Assembly (NCBI GenBank): GCA_018971685.1 | Contig: JAGXAG010000001.1 | Location: 90,396 to 154,395 of the forward strand | DNA length: 64,000 nt | Direction: 5' to 3' | DNA from: Patescibacteria group bacterium | GTDB taxonomy: Bacteria; Patescibacteriota; Minisyncoccia; Phycocordibacterales; PALSA-1337 | Shown: in pieces, positions 9,516 through 18,791 of the stretch | Numbering within the stretch: position 1 is the first letter of the stretch | Layout of the letters: every line of letters begins with the position of its first letter | Notes under the pieces: generated by a model | What the model saw: the letters and a program-made list of their open reading frames with translations, nothing else | What the model was told of the DNA's origin: nothing | Database searches by the model: none | Program-made: the position numbers and the translations under genes

Positions 9516-10946
9516 ATGAGAAAGGGAATCACAATCTTCTGGTCTGTTTTCATTGCCGCGGCGATATTGCGGTTGGCCTTTTCGTTTTATTTAACGCCGC
9601 CCTTCATAGGATCGTGTCTGAAGCGAGAAATTATCGGCACCGGTATCATAACAACCGAGCCGGAACGGAAAGAGAGCGGCCAAATATTGGTAATCAGTAC
9701 CGACTCGATAAAACCGGCAAGCACTTCAACGGAAAATATTTCTTGCGGCGCCGGTTTTCAGATCCGCGCCAAAGCGAAGCTTTATCCGCTGTATTCATAC
9801 GGCGATCGCGTGGAATTCTCCGGGAAATTGTCGCAGCCGATGAATTTTGGGAGCGGCCGCGGCAGAGCGTTCGATTATCGTGGCTATCTGGCCAAAGATG
9901 ACATATTTTACGAGATTAAAAGCGCCAGTGTTAGAAAAATCTCGAATGGCGGCGGCATGGATTCGATCACGATGTTCGTAACTTCCGCGCTCTATAAGGT
10001 CAAAAGATGGTTTGTCGGCAACCTCGAACGCTCTCTCGGCGAACCGCACGCGGCGCTGGCGGCCGGATTGGTGGTGGGCGAAAAGAGCGCGCTCGGCAAA
10101 GATCTCCTAGCCGATTTTCGGACTGTGGGGCTGATACACATAGTCGTATTGTCAGGTTTCAATATCACTGTGGTCGCCGATGCGCTACGAAGATTGTTGT
10201 CGCGCCTGCCGCGGGTCTGGGGTATATTCGCCGGCGCGTTCGGCATTATTCTCTTTGGCGTGATGGTTGGCGGCGGCGCCACGGTCGTGCGTTCTTGCGC
10301 CATGGCGAGTGTGGCACTTTTCGCCAATCTGATAAGACGCGATTACAATGTGCCGCGCGCTCTGGCGTTCGCGGCGCTCTTGATGCTCATACAAAATCCT
10401 ATGATATTGCTACACGATCCGTCGTTCCAGCTGTCGTTCCTGGCGACGCTCGGTCTCATATTGTTGTCCGGTCCGATCGAAAAACGCATACAATTCTTGC
10501 CGGAAGTGTTCGGCATACGCGGCACGGTTGCGGCCACTTTTGCGACCCAGATTTTCGTTTCGCCCTATATTCTCTATATGATGGGCCAGCTTTCGCTGAT
10601 CGGCGTGGTCGTGAATATTCTGGTCTTGCCGCTCATTCCGCTTACGATGCTTGCGGTATTCTTGACCGGCGCGGCCGGCTTCGTCCTATCGCCACTGGGC
10701 CAATTACTGGGCTGGTTCGCGCACCTTCTGCTCTCCTACGAATTGTTCATGGTCGAATATTTCGCGCGCTTGCCTTTCGCGGCTGTCTTCGTACCGGCGT
10801 TTTCTTTCTGGTGGGTGGTAGGATTTTACACGGTATTCACGATCGCATGGTTATTTACGAGAAGAAGTAATCTTTACTGCTTATCAGTCTCTAATGAGAT
10901 TGACGCTGGCGGCCGAGCCGAATTTTCCGCTCTTAGAGAATCTTGA
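9516..10946 (+). CDS. comEC: ComEC/Rec2 competence channel (OB/DUF4131 plus Competence domain, no MBL domain)
   Basis: FDYRGYL, GLIHIVVLSGFN, SFQLSFLAT; multiple TM helices. Confidence 0.9.
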   Translation: MRKGITIFWSVFIAAAILRLAFSFYLTPPFIGSCLKREIIGTGIITTEPERKESGQILVISTDSIKPASTSTENISCGAGFQIRAKAKLYPLYSYGDRVEFSGKLSQPMNFGSGRGRAFDYRGYLAKDDIFYEIKSASVRKISNGGGMDSITMFVTSALYKVKRWFVGNLERSLGEPHAALAAGLVVGEKSALGKDLLADFRTVGLIHIVVLSGFNITVVADALRRLLSRLPRVWGIFAGAFGIILFGVMVGGGATVVRSCAMASVALFANLIRRDYNVPRALAFAALLMLIQNPMILLHDPSFQLSFLATLGLILLSGPIEKRIQFLPEVFGIRGTVAATFATQIFVSPYILYMMGQLSLIGVVVNILVLPLIPLTMLAVFLTGAAGFVLSPLGQLLGWFAHLLLSYELFMVEYFARLPFAAVFVPAFSFWWVVGFYTVFTIAWLFTRRSNLYCLSVSNEIDAGGRAEFSALRES

Positions 10947-11043
10947 AATCCTCGAAGCTGTGTCTGTATTATGATCGTTTTTTGCCGCAAGTCAAGGCCG
11001 ATTTGTTCGGCATTTCATTCAAGGCAAAAAATAAGGCGGGCAA

Positions 11044-11643
11044 TTACTGCGAGGCGCGTTTGAAATTTTCCTCGATTACGCTCCAATTCAGATTGGCGAA
11101 GAAATCCTCGATGTATTGCTTCTTGCCCGACGGCTGATAATCGTAGACATACGAATGTTCCCACATGTCCAGCCCGAGAATAATAGCGCAATCGTTCAGC
11201 TGTCCCAGATGCTGTTCGTCAACCCACGAAACCAAGAGGCGATCGTCTTTGCGGTCGTACCAGAGCATAGCCCAGCCGACACCGCGGGTGAGGGCGACCG
11301 ACTTGAATCCTTCGAGCCAGGCATCGAATGTCGCCCAAGTTTCCTCGATCTTTTTTCTGAGCGGACTGTTTTCGGACAGATGTCCGGCGCCTCCTTCCAG
11401 CGAAGAAAAGTAGGCTTCGTGGTTGCGCATACCGTTGTATTCGAAGCTGAAGCGGCGATTGAGCTCGCCCAGAGCATAAGCGTTGCCTTGCGGGTCTTCT
11501 TTGCCGTATTTGCCGATCATTTCCAATGCGCCGTTGGCGTTCTTGACATAGCCTTGGTAGAGCTTCAAGTGTTCCTCGACGCTCTTGGCCGACATACCCT
11601 TTAATCCGGGGATTTTGAAAGTTTTTGCCGTGAATGTTTGCAT
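11044..11643 (-). CDS. Fe/Mn superoxide dismutase
   Basis: DMWEHSY, NHEAYF, GVGW motifs. Confidence 0.9.
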   Translation of the reverse strand: MQTFTAKTFKIPGLKGMSAKSVEEHLKLYQGYVKNANGALEMIGKYGKEDPQGNAYALGELNRRFSFEYNGMRNHEAYFSSLEGGAGHLSENSPLRKKIEETWATFDAWLEGFKSVALTRGVGWAMLWYDRKDDRLLVSWVDEQHLGQLNDCAIILGLDMWEHSYVYDYQPSGKKQYIEDFFANLNWSVIEENFKRASQ

Positions 11644-11746
11644 TTAATTTTTATTTATTAGGCGGTTAATGTAATCTTATTACGACATCGCCGCGGTTTA
11701 CGCTGCAAATCCTTGAATATGTAGCGCGGCGGTTTGTTTATTCTCT

Positions 11747-12697
11747 ATGAAAATCATATCAAAACAATTCGCGATTGTCGCCGCCGCGATCTTGATAGCA
11801 TCCGGCGTCGGCGCTTATGCCTGGCGCATGGAACATCGGCCGCATGTTCTGGAAATATACGCGTTTTCGCTTGCGAGCGGCCGTTCGTATTTCATCCGTA
11901 CGCCGAACGACAAGCGCATCTTGGTTGACGGCGGCGCCAGTTCGGAAGTGATCCGCAATATCACGGAAATACTGCCTTTTTATTCGCGGCGCATAGATAT
12001 GATCATTACCACGAATTCCGACAGCAAGAATGTCGGCGGCCTGATAGACGCGCTTGGAAGATACAAAGTCGGCGAAGTGATCATCCCAAAATTCACGGCC
12101 GAATCGCTCGGCTTGGCGAGCTCGTCGGATCAGATCTATTCGACTTTTATCGATGCCGTGAATGAATCCGGAGCTCTTGTTAAGGAAGTCTCGGCCGGCG
12201 ATCTGGTTGTTTTTGACGGCGGAAATGTCGGAGATATTACCGCCGGTTATGATATTGACACCGGCAGCGATAAAGACGATCAAGCGATTGCGAGCATTCT
12301 GTTTCCCGTAAGTCCCGACTTGTTCCAGTATTCGAAAACGAGCGCGCCGGAAATAATCATGCGTTTAACTTACGGTAAAAATTCATTCTTTTTCTTGAAT
12401 GACGCTACGGTGAAAATACAAAAAGCGGTTGCTTTCCAAGGTCGGGCCTTGGAAAAAACGAATGTCCTGATCGTGTCTACAAGCGCTTTGCCGGCGAACC
12501 TGGCGGATGAGCTAACCGGCGTGATCAGGCCGGACTATCTGGTCTATTCGAAGAATACAAATGCCAGATCATCGGCATCGGCAAAAAACAAGACCACGGA
12601 TCCGCTCTACTATCTGCTGGATTCCAAAAGATTCAATATAAAAGAAAAGGGAATCGTGCGGATAATTTCCAACGGTTCGGAAGTGTCGATCGAGTGA
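11747..12697 (+). CDS. ComEC-associated metallo-beta-lactamase-fold protein with degenerate metal-binding motifs
   Basis: ILVDGG and PFYSRRID retained; TNSDSKN replaces THxDxDH. Confidence 0.75.
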   Translation: MKIISKQFAIVAAAILIASGVGAYAWRMEHRPHVLEIYAFSLASGRSYFIRTPNDKRILVDGGASSEVIRNITEILPFYSRRIDMIITTNSDSKNVGGLIDALGRYKVGEVIIPKFTAESLGLASSSDQIYSTFIDAVNESGALVKEVSAGDLVVFDGGNVGDITAGYDIDTGSDKDDQAIASILFPVSPDLFQYSKTSAPEIIMRLTYGKNSFFFLNDATVKIQKAVAFQGRALEKTNVLIVSTSALPANLADELTGVIRPDYLVYSKNTNARSSASAKNKTTDPLYYLLDSKRFNIKEKGIVRIISNGSEVSIE

Positions 12698-12700
12698 TCG

Positions 12701-12943
12701 TCAAATAATGCCGGCGTCTCTCAGGGCGCGAAACGCACCTTTCTTTTCTATAGTGCGTAATCCTCTGGTGGAAGTGGTTATGACAACGGTCTTCTTCAAT
12801 TCGGGCACGAATACGCGTTTTTTCTGCAGATTGGGGTAACGGCGTACTTTGCCGCAAGGGTTGAATTGGGTGGCGCGGGTGCGGTTGGAATATCGTCCGC
12901 CGGTTTTCGAGCCGCGTTTGGTTATTTGGCAGATTTTGGCCAT
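12701..12943 (-). CDS. rpmB: 50S ribosomal protein L28
   Basis: MAKICQITK, RRYPNLQ, RGLRTIEKKG. Confidence 0.92.
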   Translation of the reverse strand: MAKICQITKRGSKTGGRYSNRTRATQFNPCGKVRRYPNLQKKRVFVPELKKTVVITTSTRGLRTIEKKGAFRALRDAGII

Positions 12944-12969
12944 GAAAGTTTATAAACAGTATGCTAGCA

Positions 12970-13192
12970 TAAAGAAAGTGTTTTGGAAAGCACGACATTG
13001 TTTTTTGCGAATCTGCGGAACTCGCTTCCTAAATTTCTAGGCAAAAGCTCGCGGGATTGCTCGGCGCTCCGCATACGCTTTGCGCCGTAGCAATTCCGGC
13101 GAGAGCTCGCTTTTGCCAAGAAATTTATGGTCGCTCAGACAGGTCCTCGATTCGCAAAAAACGATGTCGTGCTTTCCAAAACGCTTTCTTTA
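12970..13192. repeat. 223-bp palindromic (MITE/REP-like) element with 44-bp terminal inverted repeats
   Basis: 12970-13013 versus 13149-13192, 2 mismatches; nested inner stems. Confidence 0.85.
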
Positions 13193-13197
13193 ACGCC

Positions 13198-13806
13198 ATG
13201 TTTACCATCATTTCAATCGTAATATTAATAATGTCCGTGATTATTCATGAACTGGCGCATGGATTCACGGCGAACGCGCTTGGCGATCCGACGGCGCGGC
13301 TTTCGGGCAGGCTGACTTTGAATCCGATAGCGCATATCGATCCGGTAGGGTCAATACTGGTGCCGCTGGTGACTTCGCTTTTCGGTTTTACTTTCGGCTG
13401 GGCGAAACCGGTGCCGTACAATCCGTACAACATCAAGAATAAGAGAACCGGCGAATTTCTGATCGCGGCGGCGGGACCGGCTTCGAATTTGTTGATCGCG
13501 ATTATCTTCGGCACTTTCATCCGTTTTGCGACCGCCGGCGCTACGACGATCACGCCTTTCATCGAGATTTCATCCTACATTGTTGTCATCAACATTATTC
13601 TGGCGATTTTCAATCTCATTCCTCTGCCGCCATTGGACGGTTCGAAACTTCTCTTTGCCATCCTTCCGAACCAATACGGCCGCACCCGCATGGTCCTCGA
13701 AGCCTATGCGCCGGTCTTCGTGCTCATTGTTGTCTTTTTCTTGTGGCAAATCGTGGCACCGGTTATTCCGGTCTTATTCAGGTTGTTAACGGGCATAGGG
13801 TTTTGA
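13198..13806 (+). CDS. Site-2 protease family (M50) membrane peptidase
   Basis: HELAH, AAGPASN, FNLIPLPPLDG; start at ATG 13198. Confidence 0.93.
   Translation: MFTIISIVILIMSVIIHELAHGFTANALGDPTARLSGRLTLNPIAHIDPVGSILVPLVTSLFGFTFGWAKPVPYNPYNIKNKRTGEFLIAAAGPASNLLIAIIFGTFIRFATAGATTITPFIEISSYIVVINIILAIFNLIPLPPLDGSKLLFAILPNQYGRTRMVLEAYAPVFVLIVVFFLWQIVAPVIPVLFRLLTGIGF
13709..13806 (+). repeat. Direct repeat, left copy: last 98 bp of the M50 gene
   Basis: Matches 14928-15025 with a 22-bp identical 5' core and 17 mismatches in total. Confidence 0.9.
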
Positions 13807-13875
13807 GCGATAATATAGCCATGGATGATGTCTTTGATGCCCAAGAATGGGACAGAGAGGTAGAGGATCCTTATC

Positions 13876-14085
13876 GTGCCCGATAACGATTATGAAGATT
13901 CGGAGCCGGACCGGATAGTATTGAAGTCAATGGCTAAGCTCATTAGTAATAATTATCCACAAGTGCCGAAAGAGAGTATCATAGGCCATTGCGAAGTGAA
14001 CAAGAATACGACATGTCCGGGAGAACGATTTTTACCGAGCTTAACCGATAAAGGGTGGAAGGAAAAATTACTGTCTCTCATTTGA
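13876..14085 (+). pseudogene. C-terminal fragment of an Amidase_2-type N-acetylmuramoyl-L-alanine amidase
   Basis: IIGHCEV...TTCPG motif; N-terminal domain part absent. Confidence 0.6.
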
Positions 14086-14225
14086 ATACGATTATATGTC
14101 AATCTCCAAACTGAAGAACTACGCAATTTATTCCTCGATCTATTGACCTGATCGCGTGGGGTACGCCGGTTTTCCGGTGCACCATTTATGTTTGTCAAAA
14201 TGTCGTCGCGTGGTATCATTGCGTT

Positions 14226-14612
14226 ATGGATGAAGTCGTAAAATATTGGCTGGAAACGGCCGCTCATGATTATGAGACCATGGAAGCATTGCTAAAGACG
14301 GCCAGATATTCCGACGCCTTATTTTTCGGCCATATCATTCTGGAGAAGGCTTTTAAAGCTCTGATAGTTAAAAGGACAAAAGAACACGCGCCGTATGTGC
14401 ACAACCTATTGCAATTACAAGCTATTTCCGGCATACCGTTGAACGAGGACGACCTCAACTTGTTGGTCGAAGTGAACGATTTTAACATCCGGGCCAGATA
14501 TCCGGAGCAGAAATTGGCGTTTTACAAACAAGCCACCGAGGAATTCACGGGTGGATACATGACGCGAATCACGAATCTGTACAAAAAGCTATGTCAAACG
14601 GTGAAATCGTAA
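14226..14612 (+). CDS. HEPN domain protein (HEPN/MNT toxin-antitoxin pair)
   Basis: YW...A.HD, EKAFKA, HNL, RARYP; overlaps the MNT gene. Confidence 0.88.
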   Translation: MDEVVKYWLETAAHDYETMEALLKTARYSDALFFGHIILEKAFKALIVKRTKEHAPYVHNLLQLQAISGIPLNEDDLNLLVEVNDFNIRARYPEQKLAFYKQATEEFTGGYMTRITNLYKKLCQTVKS

Positions 14613-14905
14613 ACATTGTGAAGAAATACGGAGAAGGCCTGAGGAAAAACGGCATCGATTTCCAGGCGCTCTACCTTTTCGGTTCTTACGCCAAAGGGAA
14701 CAATAAAGATTGGAGCGACATAGATGTGGCGGTAGTGTCGGATTATCTTGACGATAAATACGATGAAGGCAGGTTTCTCCTCTGGAAGCTGACTCGCGCC
14801 GTGGATCTGCGTATAGAGCCGCACGGGTTCGCGCTTTCCGCATGGAACGATCCCAATAACCCGATGGCCCATGAGATAAAGAGCACTGGATTGAAAGTGG
14901 CATAG
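14591..14905 (+). CDS. Minimal nucleotidyltransferase (MNT)
   Basis: YLFGSYAKG...WSDIDVAVVS. Confidence 0.9.
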   Translation: MSNGEIVNIVKKYGEGLRKNGIDFQALYLFGSYAKGNNKDWSDIDVAVVSDYLDDKYDEGRFLLWKLTRAVDLRIEPHGFALSAWNDPNNPMAHEIKSTGLKVA

Positions 14906-14927
14906 TATCAATCCAAAAAAGATCATT

Positions 14928-15025
14928 CGCCGGTCTTCGTGCTCATTGTCGTTTTCTTCTTGTGGCAGATCGTGGCACCGGTTATTCCGTTCGTTTTCAG
15001 GCTGTTTACCGGAACCAGTTTCTAA
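14928..15025 (+). repeat. Direct repeat, right copy: orphan 3' end of the M50 gene
   Basis: Encodes PVFVLIVVFFLWQIVAPVIPFVFRLFTGTSF-stop, collinear with the M50 C-terminus. Confidence 0.9.
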
Positions 15026-15086
15026 TTTCCTTGACTTTTTGATGTTGAAGGCTATATTTAAGCCGAACCCTCAACAAAGGAGCTCG

Positions 15087-15440
15087 ATGAAAAAGAATCT
15101 TGTCGGAGTTGCGGCTGCCGGTACTTTGGTGGCACTGTTTGTCGCGATTTACAACGGTTGGTTTATCATGTCGCTTATATGCGTCACCTTTCAGGTCTCG
15201 TTGTTAATTGCGAAGAGAATGAATGACAACGAACTGCGTTATCGGTCACTCAGACGAGTTAACTCAGCGTACAGAGATCTTTTATCGTTACCAATGAATA
15301 CGGCTTACGATGAAAGGAGAAGACATATTGGCGTGTTTATGGATGAGGTAAGCAATCATCTCGCAAGATGGCCGGATGAAAAACGGTGTGGTTTTGAGAG
15401 GTGCAGATATCTTTTTTGTGAGATGGTGAATGACTGGTGA
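15087..15440 (+). CDS. Hypothetical membrane protein
   Basis: AAGGAG RBS, ATG 15087, two hydrophobic segments. Confidence 0.5.
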   Translation: MKKNLVGVAAAGTLVALFVAIYNGWFIMSLICVTFQVSLLIAKRMNDNELRYRSLRRVNSAYRDLLSLPMNTAYDERRRHIGVFMDEVSNHLARWPDEKRCGFERCRYLFCEMVNDW

Positions 15441-15618
15441 TTTTCGAATCGCAACAGTAAGGCACGGTCTGAATCCGTCGCCTTGCTTTTTTTATTTGAA
15501 ATTGTTAGTGTATCACCACTGCTCCATAAGAGCACTTTATCAGGGCAAGAATGAGTAATCGCGGCACGCAAAACATTCAGGGACTAACGGGGCGGGCGGC
15601 GGTGAAAAAATTCAGACT

Positions 15619-16038
15619 ATGCCGACAATAAACCAACTTACGAAAAGAAACAGAAAGCGTTTCAGCCGGAAGTCAAAATCGGTCGCTTTGACGCGCACAT
15701 TCAATTCCATACAGAACCGCCCCGTTTTCTTCCCGGCGCCATTCAAGAGAGGCGTATGCGTGAAAGTCACCACCAAGACGCCGAAAAAGCCGAACTCTGC
15801 CATCAGAAAGATCGCCCGCGTGCGCTTGACCAACGGCATGGAAGTGACCGCGTATGTTCCTGGAATGGGACACAACTTGCAAGAACACGCCGTGGTTTTA
15901 TTGCGCGGCGGCCGCGTCAAAGATGTCGGCTTGCGTTATTCGATCGTACGCGGCGTGTTGGACTGCGCCGGCGTGGAAGCGAGGAGAAAGGGTAGGAGTC
16001 AGTATGGCAATAAGAGGCCGAAAGCGGCTAAGGCATAG
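15619..16038 (+). CDS. rpsL: 30S ribosomal protein S12
   Basis: [22 protein letters not shown]. Confidence 0.98.
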   Translation: MPTINQLTKRNRKRFSRKSKSVALTRTFNSIQNRPVFFPAPFKRGVCVKVTTKTPKKPNSAIRKIARVRLTNGMEVTAYVPGMGHNLQEHAVVLLRGGRVKDVGLRYSIVRGVLDCAGVEARRKGRSQYGNKRPKAAKA

Positions 16039-16074
16039 TTGTTATCTTTTCGCGGGAACGGCACAGATAAAAGC

Positions 16075-16545
16075 ATGAGACGCAAAATAAACATCAAAAG
16101 AGAAATCAGCCCCGACGCGGCCTATGACTCCGTGAAGCTTTCGAAGTTCACCAATTACATCATGGAATCCGGCAAAAAGACGATCGCCAGAAGCATCGTG
16201 CGAGACTGCATGGAGCAGATCAAAGAACAAGCCAAAGTCGAGAACCCGATCGAAATCTTTGAAGCCGCCTTGCGCAATACGGCGCCGATGATGGAAGTGC
16301 GCTCCAGGCGCGTCGGCGGTGCGAATTATCAAGTGCCGCGCGAAGTCAGGCCAGAAAGGAGGCAGGCGCTCTCGATGAAATGGATCATCGAAGCCGCGCG
16401 AGGCAAAAAGGGCAAGCCGATCTCGATCAAATTGGCCGATGAAATCATCGCCGCTTCGAAAAATGAAGGCGAAGCGGTCAAAAAGCGCGAGAATGTCCAC
16501 AAGATGGCTGAAGCGAACAAGGCTTTTGCACACTTCGCATGGTAG
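16075..16545 (+). CDS. rpsG: 30S ribosomal protein S7
   Basis: SRRVGGANYQVP, HKMAEANKAFAH. Confidence 0.98.
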   Translation: MRRKINIKREISPDAAYDSVKLSKFTNYIMESGKKTIARSIVRDCMEQIKEQAKVENPIEIFEAALRNTAPMMEVRSRRVGGANYQVPREVRPERRQALSMKWIIEAARGKKGKPISIKLADEIIAASKNEGEAVKKRENVHKMAEANKAFAHFAW

Positions 16546-16613
16546 CATGTTATAATTCGTTCAAGGCTGACGCTTTGCAAGCGTTTTAATTTTTAAGAAA
16601 TTTTAAAATTACA

Positions 16614-18779
16614 ATGAACCGAGACTACCCGTTAGAAAAAGTACGCAATTTCGGAATCATCGCCCATATCGACGCCGGCAAAACTACTACCAGCGAGCGC
16701 ATCTTGTATTACACCGGCATGACGCACAAAATCGGCGAAGTGCACGAAGGCGATACTGTCACCGATTGGATGGAACAGGAACGGGAGCGCGGCATTACCA
16801 TCACTGCCGCCGCCGTGACCTGTTTCTGGAACCCGACTTACATGGCCGGAGCCAAAAACGCCGACGGCGCGCCCGATGTTTCCAAGAAAGTGCGCTTCAA
16901 TATAATCGATACGCCCGGGCACATCGATTTTACCGTAGAGGTCAAAAGATCCCTGCGCGTGCTCGATGGCGCCGTAGTCGTATTTGACGGCGTCGCCGGC
17001 GTCGAACCGCAATCTGAGACGAATTGGCGCTATGCCGACGAAGGCAATGTGCCGCGCCTTTGTTTCATCAATAAGATGGATCGCATGGGAGCATCTTTCG
17101 AATTCTCGTACAAGTCCATTCTCGAAAGATTGAGCAAGAAAGCCGTGCGCTTTCAGATACCCATCGGTTTGGAAGGCGATCACGCCGGAGTCATCGATCT
17201 TATGAAGATGAAAGCTTATTACTTCGAAGGCGAAATGGGCAGTCAAGTCGTCGAGAAGGATATCCCTGCGGAATTGGCCGAAGATGCCAAGAAGTATCGC
17301 GCGGAAATGATCGAAAAGATCGTCGAACACGACGATGCCGCCATGAATGCTTATCTCGAAGGCAAAGAGCCGGCAACGGAAGAGCTCAAGAAGATAACCC
17401 GCAAGGCGGTCATTGAAAACAAAATGTTTCCGGTTTTTACCGGTTCGGCCCTGAAAAACATCGGCGTACAGCTGGTTTTGGACGCGGTCGTCGATTATTT
17501 GCCGTCGCCGTTGGACATTCCTCCGGTTGAAGGCATCAATCCCAACACCGGCGAAGAAGTCGTCCGCCATGCTTCCGACAGCGAACCATTCTGCGCGCTG
17601 GCTTTCAAATTGCAGAACGATCCGTTTGTCGGCGCGCTGACTTTCTTCCGTGTTTATTCCGGGACGATCGAAGCGGGCACCTACATATACAATGCGCGCA
17701 CCGGCAAGAAAGAACGCCTCGGCCGCATTGTCCGACTGCAGGCCGACAAGCGCGAAGAAGTCGCCAAGGTTTTTGCCGGCGAAATTGCGGCGGCGGTGGG
17801 CCTGAAAGACGCGCGCACTTCCGATACTTTTTGCGATGAGAACAACCCGATTACTTTGGAAGCGATCAAATTTATGGACCCGGTCGTTTCGCTTAGGATC
17901 GAGCCCAAGACCAAGGCGGACCAAGAAAAAATGGGCATGGCACTGCGCAAATTGACGATCGAAGATCCGACTTTCCATGTCTCTTCCAACCCTGAAACCG
18001 GTGAAACGATCATTGCCGGCGTGGGCGAGCTTCAGCTAGAGATCATGGTCGATCGTATGAAGCGTGAGTTTGGCGTGGAGGCGAATACCGGCGAACCGCA
18101 AGTGGCTTATCGCGAAACCATCCTGGGCACCGCCGAAGCGGAAAACAAATACATCAAGCAAACCGGCGGCAAGGGCCAGTACGGCCATGTGCGCATCACT
18201 CTGAAACATATGGAACTGTGGCCGGAAGGCGAAAAGATGCCCAAGAACATAAAGCGGTACGACGATTTCGAATTTATAAACTCCATCAAAGGCGGCGTTA
18301 TCCCGAACGAATTCATTCCGGCCGTGGAAAAAGGCGTGCACGAAGCTATGGATCGCGGCATTGTCGCCGGCTACCCGATGGTAAATGTTTCTTGCGAGCT
18401 GACTTTCGGCTCGTATCACGATGTCGATTCGTCCGAGATCGCCTATAAGATAGCGGCCTCGCAAGCTTTCCAGGACGCGGCCAAACGCGCCAAGCCGGTT
18501 ATCTTGGAGCCGATCATGAAGCTTGAAGTGGTTTGTCCGGAAAAATACATCGGCGATGTCAATGGTTCGATCGCTTCCAAGCGCGGCATGATCGAAGGCC
18601 AGAATCCAAAAGGCCAGAACATATCGATCATCGCAAAAGTGCCGCTGGCCGAAATGTTCGGCTACACTACGCAGTTGCGCTCGATGACCTCCGGCCAAGG
18701 CAGTGCCATGATGGAATTCGACCATTACGAGGTGGTGCCGGCGAATGTGGCCGAGGAGATCAAGGAGAAGAGGAAATAA
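16614..18779 (+). CDS. fusA: Elongation factor G
   Basis: [23 protein letters not shown]. Confidence 0.98.
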   Translation: MNRDYPLEKVRNFGIIAHIDAGKTTTSERILYYTGMTHKIGEVHEGDTVTDWMEQERERGITITAAAVTCFWNPTYMAGAKNADGAPDVSKKVRFNIIDTPGHIDFTVEVKRSLRVLDGAVVVFDGVAGVEPQSETNWRYADEGNVPRLCFINKMDRMGASFEFSYKSILERLSKKAVRFQIPIGLEGDHAGVIDLMKMKAYYFEGEMGSQVVEKDIPAELAEDAKKYRAEMIEKIVEHDDAAMNAYLEGKEPATEELKKITRKAVIENKMFPVFTGSALKNIGVQLVLDAVVDYLPSPLDIPPVEGINPNTGEEVVRHASDSEPFCALAFKLQNDPFVGALTFFRVYSGTIEAGTYIYNARTGKKERLGRIVRLQADKREEVAKVFAGEIAAAVGLKDARTSDTFCDENNPITLEAIKFMDPVVSLRIEPKTKADQEKMGMALRKLTIEDPTFHVSSNPETGETIIAGVGELQLEIMVDRMKREFGVEANTGEPQVAYRETILGTAEAENKYIKQTGGKGQYGHVRITLKHMELWPEGEKMPKNIKRYDDFEFINSIKGGVIPNEFIPAVEKGVHEAMDRGIVAGYPMVNVSCELTFGSYHDVDSSEIAYKIAASQAFQDAAKRAKPVILEPIMKLEVVCPEKYIGDVNGSIASKRGMIEGQNPKGQNISIIAKVPLAEMFGYTTQLRSMTSGQGSAMMEFDHYEVVPANVAEEIKEKRK

Positions 18780-18791
18780 GCCGGTAAAATT

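Noticed and set aside
13057-13197. N-terminal extension of the M50 peptidase
   Set aside because: It lies within the palindromic element; the family-like sequence starts at ATG 13198.
14946-15086. Upstream part of the 164-aa ORF
   Set aside because: Off-frame reading of the duplicated M50 tail; an RBS supports ATG 15087.
16632-17978. Long antisense ORFs over fusA (also over tuf, the helicase and the adaptor)
   Set aside because: Shadow frames of conserved GC-rich genes with no recognisable motifs.
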